From positions 248,001 through 312,000 of the IMG/VR virus record IMGVR_UViG_3300040801_001224: a stretch of 64,000 nucleotides of DNA. The stretch is one strand, 5' to 3'. The position numbers and the translations under genes are program-made. The notes below the pieces were generated by a model, which was given only the letters and a program-made list of their open reading frames with translations, had not been told where the DNA came from and did no database searches. Positions within the stretch are counted from its first letter, which is position 1, and every line of letters begins with the position of its first letter. This document shows, in pieces, positions 55,525 to 64,000 of the stretch.

Positions 55525-56754
55525 ATGGCAACTTACGGCAAATCAGGACTATCACCAGAGATGGAACGTACCATCATATCAGCTCGTGTACGTATGCTGA
55601 TTAGTGCTCCTTTCTTTGGTACCCTTGCCACACGCCTAATCATCAAGAAAGCTGGTGATTGGTGCCCTACATTTGCTACTGATGGCAAATATCTGTATGT
55701 TAATCCAGAGTTTATGAAAGAGCTCGACAAGCATGAATTAGAGTTTGTTGTTGGTCATGAGGTGATGCACTGTGTTTATGACCACATGGGCCGACGTGGT
55801 GGACGTGATCCCAAGCTATGGAATGCGGCCGCAGACTTTGTTATTAACCTTGAGCTTGTAGATCAGAACGTTGGCAAAATGCCCAAGATGGGTCTGCTGG
55901 ACGAGAAGTATCGTGGCTTAAGTTCAGACGAGGTTTACGAACTGCTTGAAGAAGAGCAAGACAAGAACGGCGACCAGGGTTATGAAACACTGGACGTTCA
56001 CATGGAGCCTAACAGTGGTGGTGGTGATGGTGATGGTGATGGTGATGCTACCAACGGTCCTATCTCAATCTCAGAAGAAGAGCGTAAAGCTTTAAGCGAT
56101 GAAATTAAACAGGCTGTGATGGAAGCCGCTAAGGCCGCCGGTGCTGGCAATGTTCCAGGTGGTGTCAAGCGTATGATTAAAGATTTGGTTGAGCCTGAAA
56201 TGGACTGGCGTGAGCTATTACAAGCTGAACTGCCAAGCATGTTTAAAGATGACTTTACTTTCTCACGTCCTTCACGTAAGAATAGTTCTTTAGGTGGTAT
56301 CTACTTGCCTGGACAGGACCAAGCTAATCGTGTAGAATGTGCTATTGCTATTGACACATCAGGTTCCATTGGTGAGTCAATGCTACGTGACTTTATTTCA
56401 GAAATTAAAGGCATCATGGACCAGTTCGATGACTTTGTTATCACCATGTGGTTCTTTGATACGCAGACATACACCGTACACAAGTTCAATCCAGATAACT
56501 TACATGACATTCTGGAAGTTGAAATTGAAGGTGGCGGTGGTACTGACTTCGTCTGTAACTTTGACTTAATGAAAGAAATGGATTTAGTTCCTGAGAAGTA
56601 TATTTGCTTTACAGATGGATTTCCGTGGGACAGTTGGGGTGATCCGGATTATTGCTCCACAATCTTTGTAGTACATGGGAGTCCAGATATCACTGCTCCT
56701 TTCGGACAGACCGTTTACTACGATCACAAGAAAGAAGGAACAACTAAGGGTTAA
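55525..56754 (+). CDS. metallopeptidase-like plus vWA domain protein (DUF2201-type MoxR partner)
   Basis: ATDG, HEVMH, WN.A.DFVIN, DTSGS MIDAS, GGGGTDF, FTDG. Confidence 0.92.
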   Translation: MATYGKSGLSPEMERTIISARVRMLISAPFFGTLATRLIIKKAGDWCPTFATDGKYLYVNPEFMKELDKHELEFVVGHEVMHCVYDHMGRRGGRDPKLWNAAADFVINLELVDQNVGKMPKMGLLDEKYRGLSSDEVYELLEEEQDKNGDQGYETLDVHMEPNSGGGDGDGDGDATNGPISISEEERKALSDEIKQAVMEAAKAAGAGNVPGGVKRMIKDLVEPEMDWRELLQAELPSMFKDDFTFSRPSRKNSSLGGIYLPGQDQANRVECAIAIDTSGSIGESMLRDFISEIKGIMDQFDDFVITMWFFDTQTYTVHKFNPDNLHDILEVEIEGGGGTDFVCNFDLMKEMDLVPEKYICFTDGFPWDSWGDPDYCSTIFVVHGSPDITAPFGQTVYYDHKKEGTTKG

Positions 56755-56767
56755 AACCAAAGGGCCG

Positions 56768-57763
56768 TCAGGCCCTTTTCCATCCTTTGTAATATTCTTG
56801 TTTTCCATTCCACACCAAACCTAATCCATTTGGTTTTAACTCGGGAAACTCACGTACTATATCTTTAATCATTCTGCCATATATCATATCGCCGTCATCA
56901 TTTATAAACTTGTATTTACTGTAACTACATTCTTCATAAGGGATACCGATCAACCTTTCGTCATATTTTCTCCAGCCTTTATATTCTAATCGGGCACCGG
57001 TATTAATTGAACTCAAAACGCTGAGACTCATAGGAAGTTTATTGGACAACTCAGTTAGATTGGCCACCACAACTACATTGCCTTCAGGATCAATGAACTT
57101 ATACTCATTGGTTTCTATACGACCAGGAACACATTTAGGTGGGCATGAAAATTCAATATAGTTCCTTTCGCCATCATTATACCATTTCTTGCCACTGTTT
57201 AGATCTCCTCCCGACCCATTTTCTTTGGATCGTATGCTACAGGCCTTTCTAAATTCTTCTGATCGCTTCAAATCCTTGTTTGCTTTGGAAATCTTTTGTT
57301 TGGTTTCTTCGGTGTGAGACCTTTTTGGATTTGATTCATTGTGTTTTTTAACTTTTTCAGATATCAAAGTCCTTGTTTCCTGACTATGTGACTTGCCATA
57401 CATTGGATTTCCTTTCCCTGAGAGTGTCTTAGAGCATTGCTCCCTAATGTAATCATATGTTCTACTGTTGGGAACATAACGGTTACCATTGTGTGTAATA
57501 CTACTTGATAGCATTTTAGAGATAGCCAATACCATTTTACTTCGGGCTTTTCCTTTTGTCATTTTAGTTAAAAGTCTATGACATATAAAATGTTCCCTGG
57601 CCGTTAGCAGGATCATGTTATCTTTAACATCCTCACCACCCAGTGATTTAGGTATAATATGGTGTCCCTCATAGTATCTTTCACCACGGGTACGGTTTTC
57701 TTGTTGAGCTTTTTGAATAATCGAATAATATGTTCGAGTGTATTTGTTTTGTATAAATAACAT
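56768..57763 (-). mobile_element. HNH homing endonuclease gene with NUMOD3-like repeats
   Basis: EGHHIIPKSLGG.D...LTAREHFICHRLL; SGKGNPMYGKSHS, HTEETKQKIS. Confidence 0.92.
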
Positions 57764-57898
57764 TGCTGATACTCCTGTTTAGTATTAGAGTAGTCGGAAC
57801 TGCCATTCGCGGACTACACTTCTATTTACCACTTCTACTTGACATAACCACTATTTCCTGCTATAATATACATAATATAAATTAACAGTGAGTATTCA

Positions 57899-58192
57899 AT
57901 GAGAACTCAATTCCAAATACAGAAAGACATTAATGCCGTTTCAAGACAGATCGGAGAGCTTGAAGCTGAACTTGAATCCCTAATGGATGAAATGAATCAG
58001 GTAAAATTAGCACAGCCATCGGCACCATTGAATGAATCAGAACAGCATTTATTCGATTGGCTTGAAGTAGAAGATAGTGAATTACTATTAGCATGTATGG
58101 CGATGCGAAAGCAACGAGATGGCTGGGATCTAATGGACTGCTGTGACGATCTTGACTCCCGAACTTATCATGAATACTGCGAGGGATGGTAG
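57899..58192 (+). CDS. hypothetical protein
   Basis: ORF track; promoter 57839-57867. Confidence 0.7.
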   Translation: MRTQFQIQKDINAVSRQIGELEAELESLMDEMNQVKLAQPSAPLNESEQHLFDWLEVEDSELLLACMAMRKQRDGWDLMDCCDDLDSRTYHEYCEGW

Positions 58193-58710
58193 AGACCATG
58201 GATTATCTTAGGAACCATTGCTGGTGCAGTAGTTCACACTGGGATAACAAAATGTTTGATTGCCAGATTATGGTCTCACTTTTTTCTTACAAACACGGGT
58301 ATAAAGAAGATTGGAATAACCTAACACGTGAAGTTGAGGCGTTTAGTCAGGATAGAGCAGACCTACATGCCCGAGCAGTAGAAGCTATGAGGGAACAAGG
58401 GTTTGATTGTCCAGATGATCCTAAAGCAGGATACGTTAGAATAAGAAAGCTCAAGCCTGAAGTGATCGAATGGTTAGAGAACAATGTTGAAGACTACGAG
58501 GGTGGCAAGGGTTGGTGTGTTGGTAGTGATGAATATATCGTAGGTGATTCCAGTACAAGCTTGTCAGTGTTCCTACAACGCAGGAAAGATGCTATGAACT
58601 TCATTAAAACGTGGAGCAAGTATAAGAAGCCTATTAACTACTGTCAGTATTTCACAGACGTTCGTAAGCGACTTAACTTGGAAACTCTAAAGTATGAGAT
58701 AATACAATGA
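58186..58710 (+). CDS. hypothetical protein
   Basis: ORF track. Confidence 0.7.
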   Translation: MVETMDYLRNHCWCSSSHWDNKMFDCQIMVSLFSYKHGYKEDWNNLTREVEAFSQDRADLHARAVEAMREQGFDCPDDPKAGYVRIRKLKPEVIEWLENNVEDYEGGKGWCVGSDEYIVGDSSTSLSVFLQRRKDAMNFIKTWSKYKKPINYCQYFTDVRKRLNLETLKYEIIQ

Positions 58711-58916
58711 CCGAATTGGATATTGATAAAGTTAAAGACTACATGGATAAGCAACCTACCATTGATGAAATGGCGGCTGACTTTGCTGATGAGAGCAAGT
58801 GTTCTAATTGTGGTAGAGAGATTAAAGATCCAAGACAAGCACATAAGATTATGGGTGGTTTAGTTGTTATATGTAATCACCGTAAAGGTGCATTCAACAG
58901 AATGACAGGAGTTTAA
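58707..58916 (+). CDS. small Cys-containing protein
   Basis: CSNC...C.H. Confidence 0.6.
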   Translation: MTELDIDKVKDYMDKQPTIDEMAADFADESKCSNCGREIKDPRQAHKIMGGLVVICNHRKGAFNRMTGV

Positions 58917-58918
58917 CA

Positions 58919-59089
58919 ATGAAAGAACTTATTGAAAGAATTAATACTCTCAAAGAAAATAGAGAGAATGGTGAACGAGGTTTGGATCCAGCGATTGAAT
59001 TTTATGAGCGTATCGCTACAGAGATTGCTGGTTTAGAATCTGAAATTGAAAGACTTAGAAATACATGCGAGGGTAGAGACAAAGAATGA
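58919..59089 (+). CDS. hypothetical protein, 56 aa
   Basis: hand translation; AGGAG SD; ATGA coupling to next gene. Confidence 0.6.
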   Translation: MKELIERINTLKENRENGERGLDPAIEFYERIATEIAGLESEIERLRNTCEGRDKE

Positions 59090-59301
59090 TTACTATTACG
59101 CTATTTGAAGGCATTAAGCAATTTGAATGTGACCTTCCTGAATTGCCGGAAGCCGGTATTCCTATTCGGGTAAAAGCATATAGGCCTGGTGACGACGACA
59201 ATCCTGTGGTTATTGATGCGATAATCGAAACCTACCTTGGTGTAGACTATGTTGAAAACACAGCTATGGCCAAGTGTGGATTAATTAAAGCAGTGGGATA
59301 A
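59086..59301 (+). CDS. hypothetical protein
   Basis: ORF track. Confidence 0.6.
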   Translation: MITITLFEGIKQFECDLPELPEAGIPIRVKAYRPGDDDNPVVIDAIIETYLGVDYVENTAMAKCGLIKAVG

Positions 59302-59310
59302 TAACTTACA

Positions 59311-59487
59311 ATGAATGAATATCAAAAAATTGCTGGCAAGGTCGCCACTGTAAACAAGCCTGGAGCTGTTACTCACGGAAAGCAATGTGTTGTTGAAGCA
59401 TATGACAAAGAAGCAAAGAAATACAGGGTGGGATTTGATGAGTCGTGGCAGGGCTGGTACAAGAGAAGTGAGTTGGAGATAGAGTAA
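59311..59487 (+). CDS. hypothetical protein, 58 aa, SH3-like size
   Basis: hand translation MNEYQK...LEIE*; TAATG coupling. Confidence 0.6.
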   Translation: MNEYQKIAGKVATVNKPGAVTHGKQCVVEAYDKEAKKYRVGFDESWQGWYKRSELEIE

Positions 59488-59759
59488 TGAGTTTTCAACC
59501 TGTAGGCTATACGCCTGAAGTTAAAGAAGCCATTAAAAAGGCTCACGACCGTATCGCATCACTCAGAGGCGAGAGAAATACATTTCGTGGTCAGTGTAAG
59601 TCACTTGAAGCACAGCTTAAAGAAGCTAATGATCGCATTCAAATATTAAACTTAGCACTGGGTGAAGCAGTTAAAGATATGCCTTATGAAAGTGATACTT
59701 ATTGTGTATCACTTGATTGCAAGTATAGTGATATATTAATTAATGATGAAGACAAATGA
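59487..59759 (+). CDS. coiled-coil hypothetical protein
   Basis: ORF track. Confidence 0.65.
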   Translation: MSFQPVGYTPEVKEAIKKAHDRIASLRGERNTFRGQCKSLEAQLKEANDRIQILNLALGEAVKDMPYESDTYCVSLDCKYSDILINDEDK

Positions 59760-59956
59760 ACGAACCTCTAAAAATTGTTATTAGTGTAGACGAATATGAA
59801 CATTTCAAAAATCTTTTGAATGGGCACGGTATTGAGTTCAAAGCATACCAGGGTCCTAAGATTTCATTGATGGTGATAGAGATTGAAGATGAGCAGGATG
59901 CCGCATTTGTTAAACTTAAATATTTTGGAAAGAGTGACGGATTTTATGGTGGATGA
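59756..59956 (+). CDS. small protein of the FxxxxDxxxFxL family
   Basis: IEDEQDAAFVKLKYFG. Confidence 0.65.
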   Translation: MNEPLKIVISVDEYEHFKNLLNGHGIEFKAYQGPKISLMVIEIEDEQDAAFVKLKYFGKSDGFYGG

Positions 59957-60176
59957 AGAATTATTATATAAAACGTTGGCTGGGTTCACAGCCATCGAAG
60001 ACGACGGTTACTTACTTGACAACGGTTATTTAAAACATATATCAAGTGATAACTTTTTTAGTGCCGGCAATTTCATAGAATACAAAGCCCTTAAAGACTT
60101 TACGTTTAATGGCATAACTGTATTGGAAGGTAACCGGGTCAACATATATTCAGATGGATCAATATTAGTAAAATGA
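59883..60176 (+). CDS. hypothetical protein (true start probably internal)
   Basis: ORF track. Confidence 0.5.
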   Translation: MKMSRMPHLLNLNILERVTDFMVDEELLYKTLAGFTAIEDDGYLLDNGYLKHISSDNFFSAGNFIEYKALKDFTFNGITVLEGNRVNIYSDGSILVK

Positions 60177-60400
60177 GAATGACAATAACAGTTGACGGAC
60201 ATAGAGTCCCAGCAATCTTAGACCAAATGCCATGTGGCGGGACACCAATATTTGACCATGAGTCAGGTACATATTCCTACAGATGTGATTCATGCTTTGC
60301 GGTGATCGGTAGCATAGGCCAGCCACAGTCCTGTAAAGACATAAATGAGTTTGCAGAGAAAATGGGTTTTGAAAATGCTAACAGTACCGCATGTGATTAG
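60173..60400 (+). CDS. small Cys-rich protein
   Basis: PCGG...YRCDSCFAVIGSIGQP..C. Confidence 0.65.
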   Translation: MRMTITVDGHRVPAILDQMPCGGTPIFDHESGTYSYRCDSCFAVIGSIGQPQSCKDINEFAEKMGFENANSTACD

Positions 60401-60460
60401 ATACCACATACACTTTGGTGATCAGTTGCCACTGTTTAGTATTTATGATTGGGAGTTTGA

Positions 60461-60682
60461 TTGATGGCAGTGATAATGGCCACAATACCAAGTGACCGAA
60501 GTCCCGGTTGCTGGGCTAGAGTTAAAGAAGCTCTTAAGGAGCAAGGGTATAATGTAGATCGATACTTCATTAACCACAGAAACATGATGGTATTCGATAC
60601 AGATCCTGAATCAGCACTGGCGTTTAAATTAACATACGGCAGTAACAGCACAGTTAACGCCGATGATATACTAGATAAATAG
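60461..60682 (+). CDS. small protein of the FxxxxDxxxFxL family
   Basis: VFDTDPESALAFKLTYG. Confidence 0.6.
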   Translation: MMAVIMATIPSDRSPGCWARVKEALKEQGYNVDRYFINHRNMMVFDTDPESALAFKLTYGSNSTVNADDILDK

Positions 60683-60686
60683 AGTT

Positions 60687-60866
60687 ATGGAAGTACAACA
60701 AACTAATTCAACAGCTAATACTCCACCGCCAACAGCGTCGACTGACAATGTCCAGAAAGAAGCTGAGATTGCGGTCGATGTTCAGCGCAAGCGTGAACAG
60801 GTAGAAGAAGTGACTGAAGCCAGTTCTGACAGCCAACTCGGCACAAACATTGACGTATACGCCTAA
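60687..60866 (+). CDS. 59-aa protein with YjfB-like (putative motility) C-terminus
   Basis: hand translation ending QLGTNIDVYA*; GATAAATA at 60674. Confidence 0.6.
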   Translation: MEVQQTNSTANTPPPTASTDNVQKEAEIAVDVQRKREQVEEVTEASSDSQLGTNIDVYA

Positions 60867-60908
60867 TAATCTTCTTGACAATCCGTCCTTTGTATAGTAT
60901 AATAACGT

Positions 60909-61589
60909 ATGACTTATTGGAATCATAGAGAACTGACAACCGAACAGCCCTGGGCCAACAATAGACGGGCATGGGTTCAGGCCATTTATGATGGTAACAC
61001 AACAATACTTGACTTGCTCCCAGAAGCTCTCCCAAAAATGAAAGTTTCATATTTAAACTTCATTATGGAATATGGGATTAATCGTAGACAATGGGCTCAA
61101 AGGAAACAGGAAATCTGCGATAAAGTCAAAATATTAATCTTTGACGAATATAAAAGACGTGACCATAGAGTGCCAGTTGTCTCTCAGGACCAAGCAGAAC
61201 TTATCATAACTCGAGGACTCAAGTGGGATCATTTCACAAACGTCAGTGGCATTGTTAATCTCTATTATAAGTTTAAGCAACTAGGGTTCAAGGACCAGGC
61301 TGATGAAGCGTTTAATATGATTATGAACTTTAAGCCTGGGCAGGTTAAGAAACTATTGAAAACGTGGCCAGACTTTGTACAGTATGCTGAAGAAGGCAAG
61401 TTCCATGAGAAGATGGATAACATTAAAATACTCAGCGTATACTATAGAAACCCAGAGTTACGCAAACATCTAAACAAAGAATACTACGAGCTACTCAAAT
61501 CAGGCACATTTGCTGAGGCTTTAACTGCTGATAAGAAACGAACATATAGAGAAATAAAGTTCTTTGATAAGGAGTTTGGTTGTGAGTGA
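60909..61589 (+). CDS. helical hypothetical protein
   Basis: ORF track; promoter 60875-60903. Confidence 0.7.
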   Translation: MTYWNHRELTTEQPWANNRRAWVQAIYDGNTTILDLLPEALPKMKVSYLNFIMEYGINRRQWAQRKQEICDKVKILIFDEYKRRDHRVPVVSQDQAELIITRGLKWDHFTNVSGIVNLYYKFKQLGFKDQADEAFNMIMNFKPGQVKKLLKTWPDFVQYAEEGKFHEKMDNIKILSVYYRNPELRKHLNKEYYELLKSGTFAEALTADKKRTYREIKFFDKEFGCE

Positions 61590-61842
61590 TAACTTTATTA
61601 AAATTACGAAGCGTAACGCAATACACAGAAGCGACTTCCTGGGGCTCATAGAAGACCCGGCCACCCACGTCAGGTTCCTACGCTTCAGGATACTGATTGA
61701 GACTAACACTGATATACAGGACGTCTTAGAAGAGATTGAAGAGCTTTCAACAGATATATATTATGTAGACATGGTTAACGCAAACACTACTGCCTACGTT
61801 TATTTTTACAGCGAAAAAGACTTCGCACAATTCAGGAGATAA
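61564..61842 (+). CDS. hypothetical protein
   Basis: ORF track; YFYSEKDFAQF. Confidence 0.6.
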   Translation: MIRSLVVSDNFIKITKRNAIHRSDFLGLIEDPATHVRFLRFRILIETNTDIQDVLEEIEELSTDIYYVDMVNANTTAYVYFYSEKDFAQFRR

Positions 61843-61843
61843 T

Positions 61844-62197
61844 ATGGATACCCTACAGAAATATGAGTTCTTTGCTATTATGGCCTTCACCAATGGCGTC
61901 ATGGGAATGCTTAACTTACTAGGCCAAGGCTTTAACGCTGAAGGGCTCATGGTCATATGTATTGCTATTGCGTGTCAGTTAGTGGCAGGCACAATGAAAG
62001 ACAAAGCCATGTTAATCCGTATCATCAAACGTGCTGGCAAAGTAGCAGAAAAATCCTGTGAACCAGGATTTACTAAAGCACAATACAGACAAGCATATCA
62101 AAATGAACTGGAAATTCTCCTAGAAGAGAAAGGTTATGAGAATCCCCGCCAATTGGCTAGGGAGTTAGTTCAAGGATCCAGCGAATCATCCGAATAA
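61844..62197 (+). CDS. membrane protein
   Basis: two hydrophobic helices; AGGAG. Confidence 0.65.
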   Translation: MDTLQKYEFFAIMAFTNGVMGMLNLLGQGFNAEGLMVICIAIACQLVAGTMKDKAMLIRIIKRAGKVAEKSCEPGFTKAQYRQAYQNELEILLEEKGYENPRQLARELVQGSSESSE

Positions 62198-62299
62198 TTT
62201 ACTCAGTTTTATCAGGCTTTCGTACAGGTATCTGGTAAATAATATTGAATCGGAGCAGAAATGCTCTGGAATGCCAACATACTACACAAGGAGAAGGAA

Positions 62300-62614
62300 A
62301 TGGCAAAGGAAAAAGCAAAAGTTGAAGAAACAGAAGTTGACGCAACTGAAACGGTAGAAGTAACTGACGCACCAGAAGTTGGCGCAGATGCTACTCTAGA
62401 GCCAGTTCAATTACAGATCGCAGACCTACAGGGTCTTGGTCAGATTATTGATCTAGCATTTAAGCGTGGCGCATTCGCGGCTAATGAAGCGGCAGTGATC
62501 GGTACAGCTTACAATAAACTAAATGCTTTCTTAGGCTACGTTGCGTCTCAGCAGTCACTTGCTAAAGGTGAAGAGAACGCTGACGGTGAAGAAGCAACTA
62601 CAGAGTCTGAGTAA
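62300..62614 (+). CDS. hypothetical phage protein
   Basis: LQIADL....IID.A..RGAF.A.E...IG..YNKL; AAGGA SD. Confidence 0.75.
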   Translation: MAKEKAKVEETEVDATETVEVTDAPEVGADATLEPVQLQIADLQGLGQIIDLAFKRGAFAANEAAVIGTAYNKLNAFLGYVASQQSLAKGEENADGEEATTESE

Positions 62615-62639
62615 GGGAAAATTCATAAGGAGGTGACTT

Positions 62640-63413
62640 ATGGCTAAGTTAACCAGACATGTAGGAAGATTAAGTAATAGTGGTGTACGCTGTGCGGTTG
62701 TATTTCGTTCACTACCTGACGAGCCAGATAACTGTTTAGTTATTGAGACTGACGCATTATCAGATATGCTACAGGACGATTTAATGAAGATAGTTGAAGG
62801 CAAAGTATCACAAGAAGAAGTTGATTTATATAAGGCTTTAGAGCGTTCACAATTAACAGGTGGCGCAAATGCTCTAACTTATATGCACCAGGCTGGACAC
62901 ATTAAGAAAGTGCCAATCTCTAACGTTGAGATGATACCTTTCCCAAATCGTCCAGTACCTTTAGCGGACATCAACGCACAGATTGATGGCACTACGCCAG
63001 TAGAAGAAGTGGTAACTGCTTCTACTCAAACTGAAGCTGATGTAACTGCCCAGGAAGCTCCGGCTAACGCTGGAACTGACGAAGGCAAGGCCCAAGCGGC
63101 AAGTCTTATTAGACAAGCTGAAATGATGGAAGATGATGCGGCTAAGAAGCGTGAAGCGGCTTACCAATTGGATCCTTCATTGAAGCCTACTAAGACTAAG
63201 ACTAAAGCTAAGACTAAAGCAGAAACTAAGACAACTCAAAAAAAAGATAAGCGTGTAAAAAGCGAAGCTGAAAAGCAAGCCACACGTGAAGCTCGTAATG
63301 AGCGTAGACGTCAAGCATATGCGGCTAAGAAAGCCTCAGAAACAGATGCTAAGATTGAAGCGCAAATTGCTGAAAAAGTTGTTCGTGATGCAGAGAGAGT
63401 AGACGCGGAATAA
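62640..63413 (+). CDS. hypothetical phage protein with Lys/Thr-rich tail
   Basis: ORF track; AAGGAGG SD. Confidence 0.8.
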   Translation: MAKLTRHVGRLSNSGVRCAVVFRSLPDEPDNCLVIETDALSDMLQDDLMKIVEGKVSQEEVDLYKALERSQLTGGANALTYMHQAGHIKKVPISNVEMIPFPNRPVPLADINAQIDGTTPVEEVVTASTQTEADVTAQEAPANAGTDEGKAQAASLIRQAEMMEDDAAKKREAAYQLDPSLKPTKTKTKAKTKAETKTTQKKDKRVKSEAEKQATREARNERRRQAYAAKKASETDAKIEAQIAEKVVRDAERVDAE

Positions 63414-63434
63414 CATCCGTTTACTATTATATTG

Positions 63435-63462
63435 AAAAAACCCACTTCATGTGGGTTTTTTT
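63435..63462 (+). terminator. intrinsic terminator
   Basis: AAAAAACCCAC-ttcat-GTGGGTTTTTT. Confidence 0.85.
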
Positions 63463-63495
63463 ATGATAAATATTAATAGCAGTTAGGAGGAATGT

Positions 63496-63825
63496 ATGTC
63501 CGAAAAAGGTCGCGTTGATCGTATGATGAAAAACATTGGCAAGCCTAACATATACAATGAGCTTATAAAGCAGATAACACCCACACAAATACCAGCAGAG
63601 CTTGTCCAATCCGTCATTATTTTTTATAAGAATGGCACAACATTTGAATTGAGTGGCACAGACTTAACGGAGCCTGTACCAGTTAAACACAAGCAGTCGC
63701 CTGAAGAAAGGGGACAGACACGTGAAAACATAGATGATATTAAAATATACGTTAATACAGAAATGTTAGCAGAAAAAATTGATCCTGTAATTAATGAATT
63801 ATTTGATGAATTAAATCTTCTTTAA
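63496..63825 (+). CDS. hypothetical phage protein
   Basis: ORF track; GATAAATA and AGGAGG upstream. Confidence 0.75.
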   Translation: MSEKGRVDRMMKNIGKPNIYNELIKQITPTQIPAELVQSVIIFYKNGTTFELSGTDLTEPVPVKHKQSPEERGQTRENIDDIKIYVNTEMLAEKIDPVINELFDELNLL

Positions 63826-64000
63826 AACATAGACATTCTGCCCAAAGGTATCCCTATACCAATCACTGACTATTTCAAATCCAAACTTTAGATAGGCATA
63901 GTGTGAACCTTTACGTGGGTAAGACCATATTCTATCACAGCCTTCTTCTCGAGCTTGCTCCTCTAATGCTTTGAATAATAGTTGAGCAATGCCTTGCTTG
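63811..64000 (-). CDS. GNAT acetyltransferase, C-terminal part (runs off window end)
   Basis: hand translation KQGIAQLLFKALEEQA..GC..IW......Y.KFGFE. Confidence 0.75.
   Translation of the reverse strand, partial: KQGIAQLLFKALEEQAREEGCDRIWSYPRKGSHYAYLKFGFEIVSDWYRDTFGQNVYVLKKI

Noticed and set aside
60715-61050. minus-strand 111-aa ORF
   Set aside because: Overlaps better-supported plus-strand genes at 60687 and 60909 and the promoter between them.
1-64000. CRISPR array
   Set aside because: No regularly spaced direct repeats with unique spacers seen; the 36056-36161 repeats are 11 nt and irregular.
1-64000. genome-wide TAG recoding
   Set aside because: Several well-defined genes end at TAG followed by terminators or new starts (11709, 45575), and ORFs are full-length in code 11.

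Overview
AT-rich, gene-dense segment of a large (jumbo-like) tailed phage with T4-like regulatory logic: about 23 sigma70 early promoters, most with an extra CCAC box, and many GATAAATA late-promoter-like boxes. The host is probably a gammaproteobacterium, inferred from its PilY1, PilX, CheW and hybrid-kinase genes. The window holds 29 recognisable tRNAs covering all 20 amino acids, several aberrant or insertion-bearing tRNA-like genes, a probable GOLLD giant ncRNA with an embedded tRNA-like domain, and at least 15 unexplained structured-RNA cassettes. Many cassettes are enclosed by 8-22 bp terminal stems and some carry T-arms or CCA ends. It also has five homing endonucleases, metabolic genes (QueE, QueC-like, NadM-Nudix, NAMPT, UDP-glucose dehydrogenase, UVDE, glutaredoxins, peroxiredoxin, Bfd-like) and a dispersed host-type surface/motility/signalling kit (PilX, PilY1, CheW, PAS hybrid histidine kinase, two STAS-like proteins, a split LapG-like protease, lipoproteins). 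All calls come from reading motifs by eye; no database search or folding program was run.
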